Source: Eledone cirrhosa (taxonomy: Eukaryota). From it: a stretch of DNA of 64,000 nucleotides. The translations under genes were made by a program, and so were the position numbers. The DNA lies in NCBI GenBank assembly GCA_964016885.1, contig OZ024742.1, positions 27,652,001 through 27,716,000 on the forward strand, in the 5' to 3' direction. This document shows, piece by piece, positions 1-12,542 of the stretch (the first letter of the stretch is position 1; each line of letters opens with the position of its first letter). The notes beneath the pieces were generated by a model that worked only from the letters and a program-made list of their open reading frames with translations, was not told the DNA's origin and searched no databases.

Positions 1-99
1 ATGTTCTCTTAGTATTTAAAGAAAGATAATAGAATGAATATAAATCCTGTGTGTATACATATATACATAAATACATATATATATTCCTTCAAAATGGCT

Positions 100-310
100 G
101 ACTGAATATATATGGGATTTTTTTCAAAAACCTTTTTACTGTTCCTTCATTTTCTCACTCTATTTCATCTTTTAATTTTCATTCTATATTCTGATAAAGG
201 ACTAGTGTCCAAAACGTTAAGACACTTTTCCTACTATATTAAGCGTTAAACTAATATATTTCTTCATTGTTCTGCATTGTATGCTTTGTTATTTCTGTTT
301 ACCTTTTGCA
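100..310 (+). mobile_element. Penelope-like pLTR remnant with decayed minimal hammerhead
   Basis: ctgataa-a-ggac-tagt-gtcc-aaaac-gtt-aaga at 191-222. The downstream tail (ctaatatat...gttatttctgtttacctttt) is shared with the copy at ~15840-16015. Outer boundaries are approximate. Confidence 0.55.
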
Positions 311-327
311 TACATATGCATACACAA

Positions 328-381
<54 letters not shown>

Positions 382-382
382 G

Positions 383-438
383 CTGATTGCTAGTTACCCA
401 AGAAGAGGTAACTAGCCAAAACTGCCAAGCTCACAGTA
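383..438 (+). ncRNA. Decayed hammerhead-like motif
   Basis: ctgatt, then a 10-bp hairpin gctagttacc/ggtaactagc, then c-aaa (from cgaa), stem III actg/cagt and a. Both core strands are damaged. Confidence 0.4.
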
Positions 439-454
439 GATCCTCTAATTCCAC

Positions 455-492
<38 letters not shown>

Positions 493-1272
493 GAAAAGAG
501 GGTATGTTTAGGAATCCATACAATGCAAATGGGTTAGAATTACCCAGGTAACAAGTCAGAAAGTAAATGAGAGAGATGAGGTAGGAAGCAAAAAATGAAA
601 AAAGAACAAAAACAAAGAAAGAAATGATTGAAAGTTGCCATAGCAATTTATTACTCCAAAAATGTTTTGAATTTACAATCTATTATCAAGGGATGGGGTC
701 CATATGGCAGGGGGTGTAGAGAAATCAGAGATTGCCCTCCTGGTAGCTGTTTATTTGTAAAAATTAAAAACCTTGCTCAAGCATCATTATTCATATAGGC
801 ATATTTATCTATCATAATCTGGGAATTGATTAAGAAAATTAGATAGTAATTATACTAATACTTGTATCATCAGAACACCTATGAAATATCTAAAGAAGCA
901 ATGCCAATGAGAAAGTATACTTATATTGCAATAATAACATGATTTATGAAACCACACCTCTATCAATAACCATTAACAATAAACCCTAAGCTTTAAACAC
1001 CAAAAATATTATTATATTTCCCTAATAGAAAGTGAAAGAGAAACAGGTGAGAAAGGACATGATAAAGATTTTAAGATTAATGGATTATCAACTTGAAGAT
1101 ATATGTAGAAAGAAACACACTCACAACAAATTCTCTTTATCATGTTTCACTCGTTTTACTCTATCATAAGATTTGGTTTATCCTTACACAATAGGCATTC
1201 CAAAACTATACTGAATGTGTTAAAATATCTTCCTCGTGTCTATTCATAATCCTCTCATATACTTATTTCAAC

Positions 1273-1490
1273 TTAATCTTACACTTGAGGTCCTGTACCA
1301 CATGAAAGCATGCTAGCAAAATATTTTTGAAAAATATAAAACAGCACTATAATTTCATCCCATCAAATATTAAAGTCTTTTCACTAAGGCTGAAAAAATT
1401 CACAAAATTGTCCAGAATTACTATAAATATTTAATTTAATAAACACGTTTTTAGATCTTTTTTGCTAAATCATAGTAGGTTAAGAGTTAA
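1273..1490. mobile_element. TTAA-ended MITE-like element, degenerate copy
   Basis: Collinear with 61249-61584 (tcctgtaccacatgaaa...ttttagat...gctaaat...gttaagagttaa). Confidence 0.5.
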
Positions 1491-1734
1491 TATACATACA
1501 TATACTAAAATATACATACACATGTATTGTGTGAACAATCCTAGTATTAAATCTAATTGATATTCATAGTCTAAACTATTGTGTATATCATGGTCAGTGC
1601 CATGCATAGTTGTTATTGGGAATCATATGAGATAATGGTTTAAAGTGGATAAAATACCAAGATTTCTTTTCTGTTTTTTTTTTTTTTGCGCCGTGGTGGT
1701 GGTGGTGGTGGTGGTGGTGGTGGTGGTGGTGGTG

Positions 1735-1765
<31 letters not shown>

Positions 1766-2730
1766 GACAAGACAGAAATTTGTTTTCCCTTGAATTTCAT
1801 CTCCTGTGTGCCATCCTCATGATTAAATCCATTTCCTATTTTGCAGAGTAAGATAGTGAAGTGCAATAGACACTTGCTGTAAACTATGATTTCTAACAAT
1901 TAGGAAATAGATTTAATCCCCAAATAAATCACTGGAGAGATAATAAAAAAAAGAGGAAAAAGAAATTTAAAATGTTCTGCCTCGAGTATGAAGGAACAAA
2001 AAATTCTTTCAGTTTTATCCCCTTTAAACCATTGTTCATCTAATTTAATTCCCTCTAACAACTCTACACAGCTTTGGAGATGATATACAGAACACAGCAG
2101 CTATACACAGACCAGGAAATGTAAGTCTTCTTTGAATCTAACAGACTATTGCTATACAAACTACACACACATTACCAACGAAAGTTATTGAGAGGTTGAA
2201 AAGTACAAGTTATATGTATTGTACTTTTCAACCTCTAAGCAGCAACAGTATCAACAGTAGCAATAGCAGCAACATCAACAGCAGCAAAAGCAAATATTTT
2301 TGCCTTCACTTAGTTTGGATGAGAAATTTTGAAGTAGAGTTTCATGTCTAGATGGCTTCCTGACACACAGACTTTTAGTTTCCTCTTAAAAATACTGGGA
2401 TTCAGTCTACATATCTATGTGGGCACACATATATGTATGTACGTTATATAACCCGATTGTATTTTCATTGTTTTGGTGAATTATGTGGCTATGCCCCCTT
2501 GCCACAGTTTTCAATTTGTCACGCTATCTAACATATGTTAATTACTCTAAGGTGTAGCCTATCGATTCATTGATAAATCCTTATTGAGTGCTTTTGTGCA
2601 AACCTAATTGTATCTCATTAGCTTGGCCACCACCATAACTTCGATTTTACTAATATTCATAATAAATATATATATAATAAAAATGACTTCACCAGGAAAA
2701 GAACTGTTTCATTCATAAGAAATTATGAGG

Positions 2731-2780
2731 ACTTTCCTGATGATTTCTTATGAATGAAACAGTTCTAATGCTGTAGAAGT
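2731..2780 (+). ncRNA. Type I hammerhead ribozyme motif, core intact
   Basis: Stem I actttc/gaagt (one bulge), CUGAUGA at 2737-2743, short stem II ttc/gaa with U-U closing pair, GAAA at 2756-2759, stem III acag/ctgt, GUA triplet at 2773-2775. Confidence 0.6.
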
Positions 2781-2997
2781 GAAGTCATTTTTATAGTATA
2801 ATAAATATGCCTATACTCTACTAACGTACTGAGTACCTGTTTTAACTGTTGTTACCTCCCAATATACATCGCAAATCCACACATATGTATATACATGAAC
2901 ATACATACACTTCTACACATACACACACACATTATATATATATAACATACTTATATATACTTCTACACAAACATGGACACACATTATATATGTGTAA

Positions 2998-3193
2998 GGG
3001 CGGTGGATTGGCAGTATCGGTAGAGAGTCAGACGACACCATGCTTTGTAGCAAAGAGTTACGGCCCTTTATGGTCTGAGTTCAAATCCCGCCGAGGTTGA
3101 CTTTGCCTTTCATCCTTACGGGGTTGATAAAATAAAGTACCAGTAATACACTGGGATACTTGCTGGCCTTGTGCCAAAAGTAGAAACAATTAT
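2998..3193 (+). mobile_element. tRNA-derived SINE, family A
   Basis: A-box-like tggcagtatcggtag, B-box gagttcaaatccc, central gactttgcctttcatccttacggggttgataaaataaagtaccag (resembles the Meta/Sauria-type domain), attat tail. More than 10 copies in the window. Confidence 0.85.
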
Positions 3194-3239
3194 ATATATA
3201 TAACATACTTACATACACTTCTGCACACACACATATATA

Positions 3240-3385
3240 GAAGGGCATCCAGCCATAGAAACCTAACCAGAAACAGTTCTATATGAGTAAGAAATGGTCA
3301 CCTGGCCCAACTTGCCTCAAATTGGACAACCCATCTAACCCATGCTAGCATGGAAAAAGAATGTTAAACAATGATGATGATGATA
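3240..3385 (+). mobile_element. RTE LINE 3' end fragment
   Basis: aagggcatccagc...taacccatgctagcatggaa...(GAT)n matches the 3' UTR at 24594-24748. Confidence 0.75.
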
Positions 3386-3877
3386 ATATATATAAACATA
3401 CATGTGTGAGATAATTAGCATATTAGCATATTATGTTCTATGCTTCTACATCCAATAAACTTCATATTACCAAGTATCATGTAATGTGGTTTGAAAACTA
3501 AGTCAGAACAAAACAACAGAAAAGCTTCAAATATTCTGGTCTTGTACCATTTACATTCTATGCTTGTATTTTACATTAGGAGCAATGGTATCTAATGGTT
3601 GCCAAATGTTATAAAACACCCATGTCAATAGAACAACCAAGTATATATAAACAAGATATTGCTTTATTTTGTTATCAATATTCATTTTTATAATGTTAGT
3701 ATAATGAATGTTTTTTGTTTATTTTGTAATAATTTCTAACATATGGGGTATTGTGTCTTGTAACAGTTGGTGATTTTCATCTTATATTCAGTTACATATT
3801 ACCAGTTTAATATGATGTGAGTTTACATTCGTGATTCCTGGTCTGGAAATCAATTTTTCCATCCATTTTTATTTTTT

Positions 3878-4200
3878 CAAGCTTGCATAGGCTAGACAGC
3901 ACAGCTTCCATCCATTTCGAGTGTTCTTTTGTGGTCATCACTGTGTAATTTAGAATTTTGATATCAGCTCTAACCACAGGTTTTCTCCAGTTTTCTTCTA
4001 CTATAGCTTCCATCCATTGACACCACCTCGCATATCAACACAGTTTTCTCTTTTTCCCACTACATCTGATAGCTCTTGTATCCAGCTATTCTCTCATATC
4101 ATCCACAACCCCTTTGTTCATGCACACTAACATTACACATTCAACAGACCATGCTTGTTTCATTTCTCTCTAGCCTTCATATATCCATGCAGTGAATTAT
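3878..4200 (-). mobile_element. Old RTE LINE C-terminal fragment
   Basis: Minus-strand translation VVRADIKILNYTVMTTKE resembles VVRANLRLLRLTDEMTKE at 58268-58320. Confidence 0.55.
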
Positions 4201-4999
4201 GACAATTCCAACAATTACATAAAATCACCAAATAATGATGCAATATTTTCCATTTTCCGAAGACACTTTATATCACATAAAATTTATTCAATAAATACAA
4301 AAAGAATATTTTAAATTGTCTTAATTTTGAATTTACAATTTATTACATAATTTATTATATAATTTAAATGCTTCTAAATATATATTCATCTTGGACTATA
4401 CATCAGCTACTGTTTTAAATTAGTTTTCAAAATATTAATTAACTTTTTATTATATAGAATCAAAAAAGCTGCCTCTAAACATATGACAATATTTGTCAAA
4501 GAAGAACACAAAAGAAAACAATACTGATATAATAATTCCTGGGGAAACCTGTTGCAGAATTATGAATTTGAAAGTGAGTCTAGTGCTGAAGAATCACACA
4601 CAAAAGAAAAAGAAGAATGAATCTGTTTGCTCTCAGGCATGAAGAGCACTGTCCAGTTTGCTTAATTTTTAATGAATATTTTATGAATTAAAATATGAAA
4701 CCTGCTAAAGGAAAGAGATATCTTGGCTATAGATATGCTTCCTAGGCTGGCAAATTTCTACATTTTCAGCAAATATGACTGAAATCTATAAAAGTACAAA
4801 AAAAAAAAACTCTTTTGAAAGATATACACTGGTTCAAGAATACTGAAAAGCATTGTTTGGAGACATAATGACAACAACTAAGAAACCATACACTATTGAC
4901 TGGTGTTGCCAGCAGCAGATGGAATCAAAGAAATTATTTATATTAAGATCTGTCTGTGTATGTCTTGTGGCAAAAGTTCCAGTTGATTTGAGCAATGGA

Positions 5000-5280
5000 A
5001 GAACTTGTTTATGAAATTAATGTTTAAGTAGATGAGCATTATATAGACATGAGTTCCACTAATGTAGTTCTCAAGAAAATCCATCATGAAAGAGTGTATG
5101 ACAATGATAGCTCTTTAAATTGAAGATACAATTCATTTTTGTCTACTAAGTATGCTAAACCAACATCAAATACAAGTGTCTTGCTCAAGCACACAATATG
5201 CTGCCTAGTCCAAGAAGCAAACACATGACCTTGAAATCATGAACCCATCAATCTAACCACTAAGTTACACACCTTCACAA
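5000..5280 (-). mobile_element. tRNA-derived SINE, family B
   Basis: aagtgtcttgctcaag...ctaaccactaag is the reverse complement of the head/core at 21303-21450. Confidence 0.6.
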
Positions 5281-5378
5281 CTGAAATACCTATGCAGATG
5301 AAAGCAAAAAACGAAATTCCATTCTGAAAAGACTCACATGGCATGCCCCCCCCCCCCCCCCCATTTGCTCATAATAAT

Positions 5379-5621
5379 TGTTTCTACTTTTGGCACAAAG
5401 CCAGCAATTACCCAGTGCATTACTGGTACTTTATTTTATCGACCCCGTAAGGATGAAAGCCAAAGTTAACCTCGGCGGGATTTGAACTCAGACCATAAGC
5501 TTCTACTTTTGGCACAAGGCCAGCGATTACCCCAGTGCACCACTGGTACTTTATTTTATCGACCTCGTAAAGATGAAAGGCAAAGTTAACCTCGGCGGAT
5601 TTGAACTCAGAACGCAAAGGG
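5379..5621 (-). mobile_element. SINE family A, 5'-truncated with internal tandem duplication
   Basis: Two consecutive body copies. 18-bp TSD ccatttgctcataataat at 5361-5378 and 5622-5639. Confidence 0.85.
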
Positions 5622-6781
5622 CCATTTGCTCATAATAATGAGAGATGGGGAGAGATGAATGCAGTGACAGTGGTAGTTTGGTTCCTCAGTGTTCAGACCT
5701 GGTTTGCTACACATACTTTAGTAATTTAGCTATTAGATCATATAAAATGATACTGAAGTTACCTTTGCTTTCTCCCTAAAAAGACTCACTAATTAAAAAT
5801 TTGCCAAAATTAACAATCACTATTTTGTACAACTTAATATATTAATTTAAATACGTACTAAATTTACGGTTTACTTGGATGAATTTACTAACATTAGAAA
5901 TACGATGCAACTATTAGTAATTATTAGTATGAAACTAATGTGCATTAGGATTAATTGGTTTATTGGCATTTAGGTGGCCATCATCATCATCATTTATACA
6001 TCAAATTTCCCCTGCAGGCATAGGTTAAATAGTTTGGTTTGAGACAATGTTTTACAATGGGATTTGTTTCCTCATGCCAATTCTTTTAGTTGCCATTTAC
6101 AACACGCAGGAATCATCATCATCATCATCAGGTTTAGCGTCCGTGTTCCACGCTTGCATGGGTTTGGACGGGGGTTTTCCCACTTGAGGCAAGAGTGATT
6201 GTCTTGCTCGCATAGGACTGTCTGGCGGGTTTTCTACAGTTGGATGCCCTTCCTAACACCAACCACATATGGTAACCTATTCTAAAACCTGAGATAGATA
6301 CAGCATATTTGGGATGTACATGTCATGCAACAATAAACCATTGTTTTCAAAGTGGCCCATTTTTTTTAGGAGGTACGTCTGGAATGAAATAATAATGCTG
6401 GCAAATGTACTAAAGACTAGGAAACATGGTGGTACATGGTAGAAAGCCAAGCTACCACACACGTGGCAATAAGGCCTTCTAAGGGTTATTGTGATTAAGA
6501 GCTCCAAGAAGTGATGGAACTGTTGCAAGCAAAGCCAACAGCAATGAAAGCAACCTCTCCCCATAGCCCTCACATCAATAGTATCACCAGTTATACTATG
6601 TTACAGCCCTGATGATGACCAGAAAATTTGGTGTCCATCTCAATCCTAAAAACCAACATCTTAATATATTGTATAATGACCTTTTAATCCTCCTCATTTT
6701 GATACAAGTTTGTTTATATAACCATTCATATTTTGGAACACTTTTGTGCACAAAGTTTTGTATGTATATATGGCCCTGGTG

Positions 6782-6972
6782 AAAATAATTGTTTCTACTT
6801 TAGGCACAAGGCCAGCAATTACCTAGTGCATTACTAGTACTTTATTTTATCGACCCTGTAAGGATGAAAGGCAAAGTCAACCTCGGTGGGATTTGAACTC
6901 AGATCGTAAAGGGACGTAGCTATGCTGGAAAGCATGGCGTCCTACCCTCTACCGATACTGCCAATCAACCGC
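6782..6972 (-). mobile_element. SINE family A
   Basis: Reverse complement of 2998-3193. Confidence 0.85.
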
Positions 6973-7326
6973 GGTTTCTGATTAGGTACAAGATCAACAA
7001 TTTTGGAATGTCGATTAAATCAACCCAAATGCAATACTAGAGCTTAATAATAAAAAAAGGATTATCATTATTATACTTTTATTATTAATATTTTTTTTTT
7101 TATCTTACTTTATGTTCATACGAGAAATCACCAAATCACCACCAGTGACCTCAAGAGACAACAAGGTCCGCCATGTTCAAGAACAAAAACACATACACAC
7201 ACATACATGTATCTTTAGGTGTTTACACTTGTGATATACTTATAGTGACAGAATCTTCCTTAGTATATAGCCAGTTCCCATTAGTACTATCTTTTGTATT
7301 TCTTCTATTGTTATTATTATTATTAA

Positions 7327-7590
7327 GGGTGATGGATTGACAGTATCGGTAGAGCATTGGACAATACGCTTTACGGCATAGAATTACAGACCTTTATGTT
7401 CTAAGTTCAAATCCTACCGAGGTTAGCTTTGCCTTTCATCCTTCGGTGGTCGATAAAATAAAGTACCAGTAATGTACTGGGGATGATATAACTGACTCCA
7501 CACCAAATTTGTGCCTGAATCAGAAACCATTATTATTAAAATGCAATTCGTTGAACTTGTGGCTAAATCAGAAACCATTTATATTACTAA
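7327..7590 (+). mobile_element. SINE family A
   Basis: Same head, B box and central domain. The 3' end (gtg.ct.aatcagaaaccatt) is duplicated. Confidence 0.8.
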
Positions 7591-7856
7591 AATGCACTTG
7601 CCTTTTCTGGGGCTGGGAATATTAAGGGAATTGGCGGCGGGGGGGGGGGGGCGGTCAAATCTCTATATATTGTTTTTGCTTATCGTACTTGCTTATTTTT
7701 GAAAATTATTAAAATCAAAATGTTAAAATTAATTTTAAAAAAGGAATAATTTAATTATTATTAACATAACAAATGTAAACAAATGTATATATATATATAT
7801 ATGTGTATATATATATATGCAAGCAGGGAAAAGCGAACGTAAAATGATGATGATGA

Positions 7857-7891
7857 TGATATCATCATTATTATCATAGTTTATAAATATG

Positions 7892-7924
<33 letters not shown>

Positions 7925-8294
7925 CATTATTATCATAGTTTATAAATATGTACATAAATATATATATATATATATATATCATTATTATCATAGTTTATAA
8001 ATATGTATATAAATATATATATATATATATATATCATTATTATCATAGTTTATCAGTAGAGGGTAGGATGCCATGCTTTCTAGCATAGTTACGTCCCTTT
8101 ACAGTCTGAGTTCAAATCCCGCCGAGGTTAACTTTGCCTTTCATCCTTACGGGGTTGATAAAATAAAGTACCAGTAATGTACTGGGTAATCGCTGGCCTT
8201 GTTCCTAAAGTAGAAACAATTATTATCATAGTTTATAAATATGTATATAAATATATATATATATATATATCATCATTATTATCATAGTTTACAA

Positions 8295-8310
<16 letters not shown>
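7857..8310 (+). repeat. ~55-60 bp AT-rich tandem repeat interrupted by SINE A (8054-8218)
   Basis: Unit atcattattatcatagtttataaatatgtatataaat(at)n occurs about three times before and twice after the SINE. TSD attattatcatagtttat at 8036-8053 and 8219-8236. Confidence 0.75.
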
Positions 8311-8325
<15 letters not shown>

Positions 8326-8777
8326 CACACGCATATCTATGTGTGTTGTGCTTTTGTGCATATAATTAAATAAAAGATAAATAAATAAATAACCGAACGA
8401 ATACATAAATGACCTGCAAGGAAATAAACACAATTAAATTATTATTTAGATATGAAAAAAATATATATATTCCTTTAATCATGAAATATATAATAAAATA
8501 TATTTTTAAAATTAAAAATAAATTTAAACAGAAATATAGACATAAATAGATTTAAGATAGAAGAAATGCTTTGAGCAATTACGGTCAATAAAATATACAT
8601 TGTATATTTTATTATGTGAATCATGTACTGTTGTAAATATAACTAGAAGGAATATACAACTGTATTTCGGTTGAAAAGCCTCTTGTAAGATGTTTAAGTA
8701 AAAATGATGTTGTTTGATAACAAAATATCTGTGGTCAGTAGTTCTATGACACTGGCTAATATTTTTGTTACTTATTG

Positions 8778-9233
8778 GGCAGTGGATTGGCAGTATCGGT
8801 AGAGCATCAACAACATGCTTTGCAGCATAGTATTATAGCCATTTACGTTCTGAGTTCATATCCTGCCGAGGTTAGCCTTGCCTTTCATCCTTACAGGGCC
8901 AATAAAATTAAGTACCAGTAACATACTGATGTCAATTTAATCGACTTAGCCCTCCCCTTCAAATTGTTGATCTTGTGCGTAAATCAGAAGCAATTATTAT
9001 AAGATAACATTAGGGCAGTGAATTGGCAGTATCAGTTGAGCACAGACACCATGCTTTGCAGCATAGAGTTAACACCCTTTAAATTCTTAATTCAAATCCC
9101 ACCAAGGTTAGCTTAACTTTCCATCCTTATGGGATTGATAACATAAAGTACCAGTAAGCACTGGGGTTGGTTTAATCGATTTTCCCTTCCCTTTAGAATT
9201 GCTAACCTTGTGCCTAAAGTAGAAATAATTATT
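8778..9233 (+). mobile_element. Tandem pair of SINE family A
   Basis: Copies at ~8778-9000 and ~9012-9233. The second has TSD attattataagataacatt at 8993-9011 and 9228-9246. Confidence 0.85.
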
Positions 9234-9609
9234 ATAAGATAACATTCTAAAGTTAGACACAAAAATATAATATTTAACCGTGTAGTATTTATATTATTCT
9301 ATATTTACTATTGTATTTTCACAGTAAACGCTTTATCTCACATAATATCGAATCTACAAGATATTGATATTATTTGTTTCAAAAACAGCACCTTAACATA
9401 ACTATGAGCAGCTGATTATGGTCAGTTTGACCAGAACAAAGTGAGAGAATTCTGGCCGGATATGGCCGGGTTAAATGCTGAAGGGTTAAATGAAAGAAAA
9501 AAAAAAAGACGGGAAAGAGGAAAAAGGAAAAAAGCGAGAATGAAGCAATGAAGGAAAGGGAGAGAAGGAGGGAGGATCAGACCCTACACTATAGTGTGAG
9601 AGATCATTT

Positions 9610-9795
9610 GACTAGGCTCTGCAGACAGAATGGTGAAGGTATTGCCACAGTGAATGGCCACTGATACATGCTGCAAAAGCCACCTCACAGGGCTCCTTCC
9701 ACTGGCAGGCTGCTATCTTCTGATTTTGCAGAGGAAACAGGCAGCGCAGGGGCCAAGGACACTTGAAATCTCGATGACGACCAGGACAAAAAGGG
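9610..9795 (-). pseudogene. CRE/NeSL-like non-LTR retrotransposon, restriction-like endonuclease C-terminus remnant
   Basis: Minus strand reads FVLVVIEISSVLGPCAACFLCKIRR*...WLLQHVSVAIHCGNTFTIL, resembling the RLE consensus F-P-AIETxGxxGP...FL..IGRR...WLxQRxSVAIQRGNA..IL. Confidence 0.55.
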
Positions 9796-10004
9796 GAAGA
9801 GTCAATTAAATGTGACTTGGTAGCATATACTATACCTTCCTGAGCATTTTAGGTACCTGAATAATTGTGTGCAGACAGAGGTATCATCTCCTCTCATCCC
9901 ACATGCAGTTGATTCAATAGAATATTAATGGCCTGACAGTTAGAGGAATACAGGGCTCCACTAGTACTGAACTAATTCTTACATTTGATAAATCAAATTG
10001 ATTG

Positions 10005-10210
10005 ACAAGATCACAGACCTCAATCGCACACTGAGTGGGGTAGAACTCGTCAAATCGAATCAAGGAAACAATGTTTCTATTAGTCTTTCCATTGCTGATA
10101 CTATCTACCAGTTGCAACTCCTGGCAGAAAGAACAACATGAAATAAAGTGTCTTTCTGAAAGACACGGTGCATTGTTCTGTCCAGGAATCAAACTCACAA
10201 CCTTACAATT
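10005..10210 (-). mobile_element. SINE family B variant
   Basis: cagacctcaat...caaggaaacaatgtttc...gctgatactatctac...aataaagtgtct...ggaatcaaactcacaacc is shared with 16385-16633 and 60980-61192. Confidence 0.65.
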
Positions 10211-10897
10211 AGAAAAGAATGAAAAGGTAAAGTGAACATCTTGGAAGGATTTGAACTCATGGTCCAGAGTGTCAAAACAAACATTACAGAGAATTCTATC
10301 CGATGTCCACATCACTACTGAAAAAAAATATTTTCATATGACATTTCAATAGTTTGATTGGCATTGAACCTCTGACTTTTCAGAAAGAGGAGAGGGACTC
10401 TTTCTAAATTCAAATTTTATGATAATACATTGGTTCTGTTAATAAAATTCTAACAAGATTGTTTATTATAAACAGTCTCTGGTATTTTTAGTGAGTACTG
10501 TAAACATACAGATGGTCCCTTGCTGCTGAATGGTGGTGTTGGTGGTGGTGGAGAATGTGTTGGTGGTGTTGGGTGTTGTTGTGGTGGGGGTGATAATGTT
10601 GGCATTATGTGGCCTGAATTGTTATGCATTCCTACACCACACACCATGTGTGTATGTGTGTGTTTATGCAGATATATATATATACACACACACACACATA
10701 TATATATATATATTCATATACATATGAATATAAGCTGAAAATCCATACAGAAAAACTCTTATATAAGACAAATATATGACTGCATCTCTACTTCAACAGC
10801 TACTTTAGTGGTATGTAATTTCATATATTAAGGTGTATTGCACTAGGAATGCTTGATTGCACAAGAAATTAGAGAATAATATATATATATATATATA

Positions 10898-12501
10898 CAG
10901 TGCCCCGCAAAAGTTTACAACACATTAGGAAAAATGTGGTTTTAGGTATTTTTAATAAAGTTAGGTTAATGAAAATTTAACTACTGATAGAACATATAAT
11001 GAGGCATTTAATGATACAATCATATTTTTAAAAAAATAACAAGGAAATAACACATGAAGAAAAATCAATATTTTTATAACGCAAAAGTTTACAACACATT
11101 TTATATTTATCGCTTTTTTTCAAGAAAATTCTTAAATTTTCAGAATTAAAATTCAGTAGAATGTTCTAGATTAGGTTTAAGGTAACTTCTAAGGACTATT
11201 AAAAACATTACATCATTATTTGTCTGACAACCATCCTGTAAACATTGACAACCGTCCTGTAAACATGGACAATATGGGGAAAAATAAACTGATTGATCAA
11301 GACCTCTGTAAACGCATTGTAGACCTTCATACAAATGGTGTTGGTTATAGAAAGATATCTTGTCAGTTAAATGTGCCATTGAGTTCAGTTGGTACAATAA
11401 TTCGTCACTGGAAATCTCATCATTCCATCTGTCCTCTAATTAGTTCTGGTTGTCCTAGAAAGATAACGGAACGTGCAGCTCGGTTATTGATGAGAAAGGT
11501 TGGCAACGAACCCCGGTGAACTCTTAAAAATCTTCAGGATGACCTAGAAGAAAGTGGAGTAAAAGTGAGCACAGATACAATTAGTCGTTCACTACATCGA
11601 TATGATATCTTCTCGAGGTTTCCAAGGAAAACACCACTTCTTACGAGGAAACACGTTCTTCGTCGATTAAACTTTGCAAATGAGCATCTCATCAAACCTG
11701 CGTCATTTTGGGAAGATGTACTTTAGTCGGACGAAACAAAAATTTAACATTTTGGTCGAAATGGTGTGGCAAAAGTCTGGAGAAAGAAAGGTACTGAATA
11801 TTCGCTGAAGAATACTATTCCAACTGTAAAATTTGGAGGCGGATCAATCATGGTCTGGGGTTGCTTTAGTGCCACAGGAGTAGGAAATATTGAAATAATA
11901 GAAGGAAGAATGGGTGGCACTTATTATAGAGGTATTTTCCAAAGGAATTTACATCAAAGTGCACATTCTCTCAGCTTAAAGCCAGGTTGGTTTTTTCAAC
12001 AAGATAACAATCCAAAGCATACTGCAAAGCTAACACAATCTTGGTGAAGTACGAATGGAATAAATGTTCTAAAATGACCATGTCAGTCTCCAGATCTTAA
12101 CCCGATCGAAAATTTGTGGAGAGAATTCAAAAAAGGAAACCCCAAAATATCCCTGAACTAAAGAAAATTTGTTGTGAAGAATGGATAAATATTAGCCAAG
12201 AAACATGCAAGAAGTTTGTAGGAGGCTACTCCAAACGCCCTACAGGCTGTAATTAGCAACAAAGGTTACGCTACAAAATATTAAGAGATGATTTAATAAA
12301 TGTGTTGTAAACTTTTGCGTTATAAAAATATTGATTTTTCTTCATGAGTTATTTCCTTGTTATTATTTTTAAACTATGATTGTATCATTAAATGCCTCAT
12401 TATATGTTCTATCGGTAGTTAAATTTTCATTACCCTAACTTTATTAAAAATACCTAAAACCGCATTTTTCCTAATGTGTTGTAAACTTTTACGGGGCACT
12501 G
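10898..12501 (+). mobile_element. Full-length inactive Tc1-family DNA transposon (IR/DR type)
   Basis: TA-cagtgcccc...ggggcactg-TA ends. TIRs of ~204 bp (10898-11101, ~12298-12501), each with an internal direct repeat (aaaagtttacaacacatt). Confidence 0.95.
11274..12284 (+). pseudogene. Tc1 transposase pseudogene (DD34E)
   Basis: Paired-like N-terminus MGKNKLIDQDL...GCPRKIT, *SDETK, GGGSIMVWGCF, FQQDNNPKH, SPDLNPIENLW (34 residues from D to E), ends KGYATKY*. Several in-frame stops and C-terminal frameshifts. Confidence 0.92.
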
Positions 12502-12542
12502 TATATGATTCTCTAATTTCTCTAACTTCATTCTCGCTAGCT

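Noticed and set aside
780-1000. Possible GIY-YIG remnant (IWEL...C..EK..IL)
   Set aside because: Too degraded to support by eye.
1594-1899. Poly-His ORF
   Set aside because: Made of (GGT)n, (GT)n, poly-G and poly-T runs.
2998-3095. tRNA genes
   Set aside because: The A/B boxes belong to multi-copy SINE heads, and no complete cloverleaf is visible.
6609-6640. ctgatga-tgacc hammerhead candidate (similar weak cases at 59531 + and 59815 -)
   Set aside because: No properly placed GAAA or no credible stem II.
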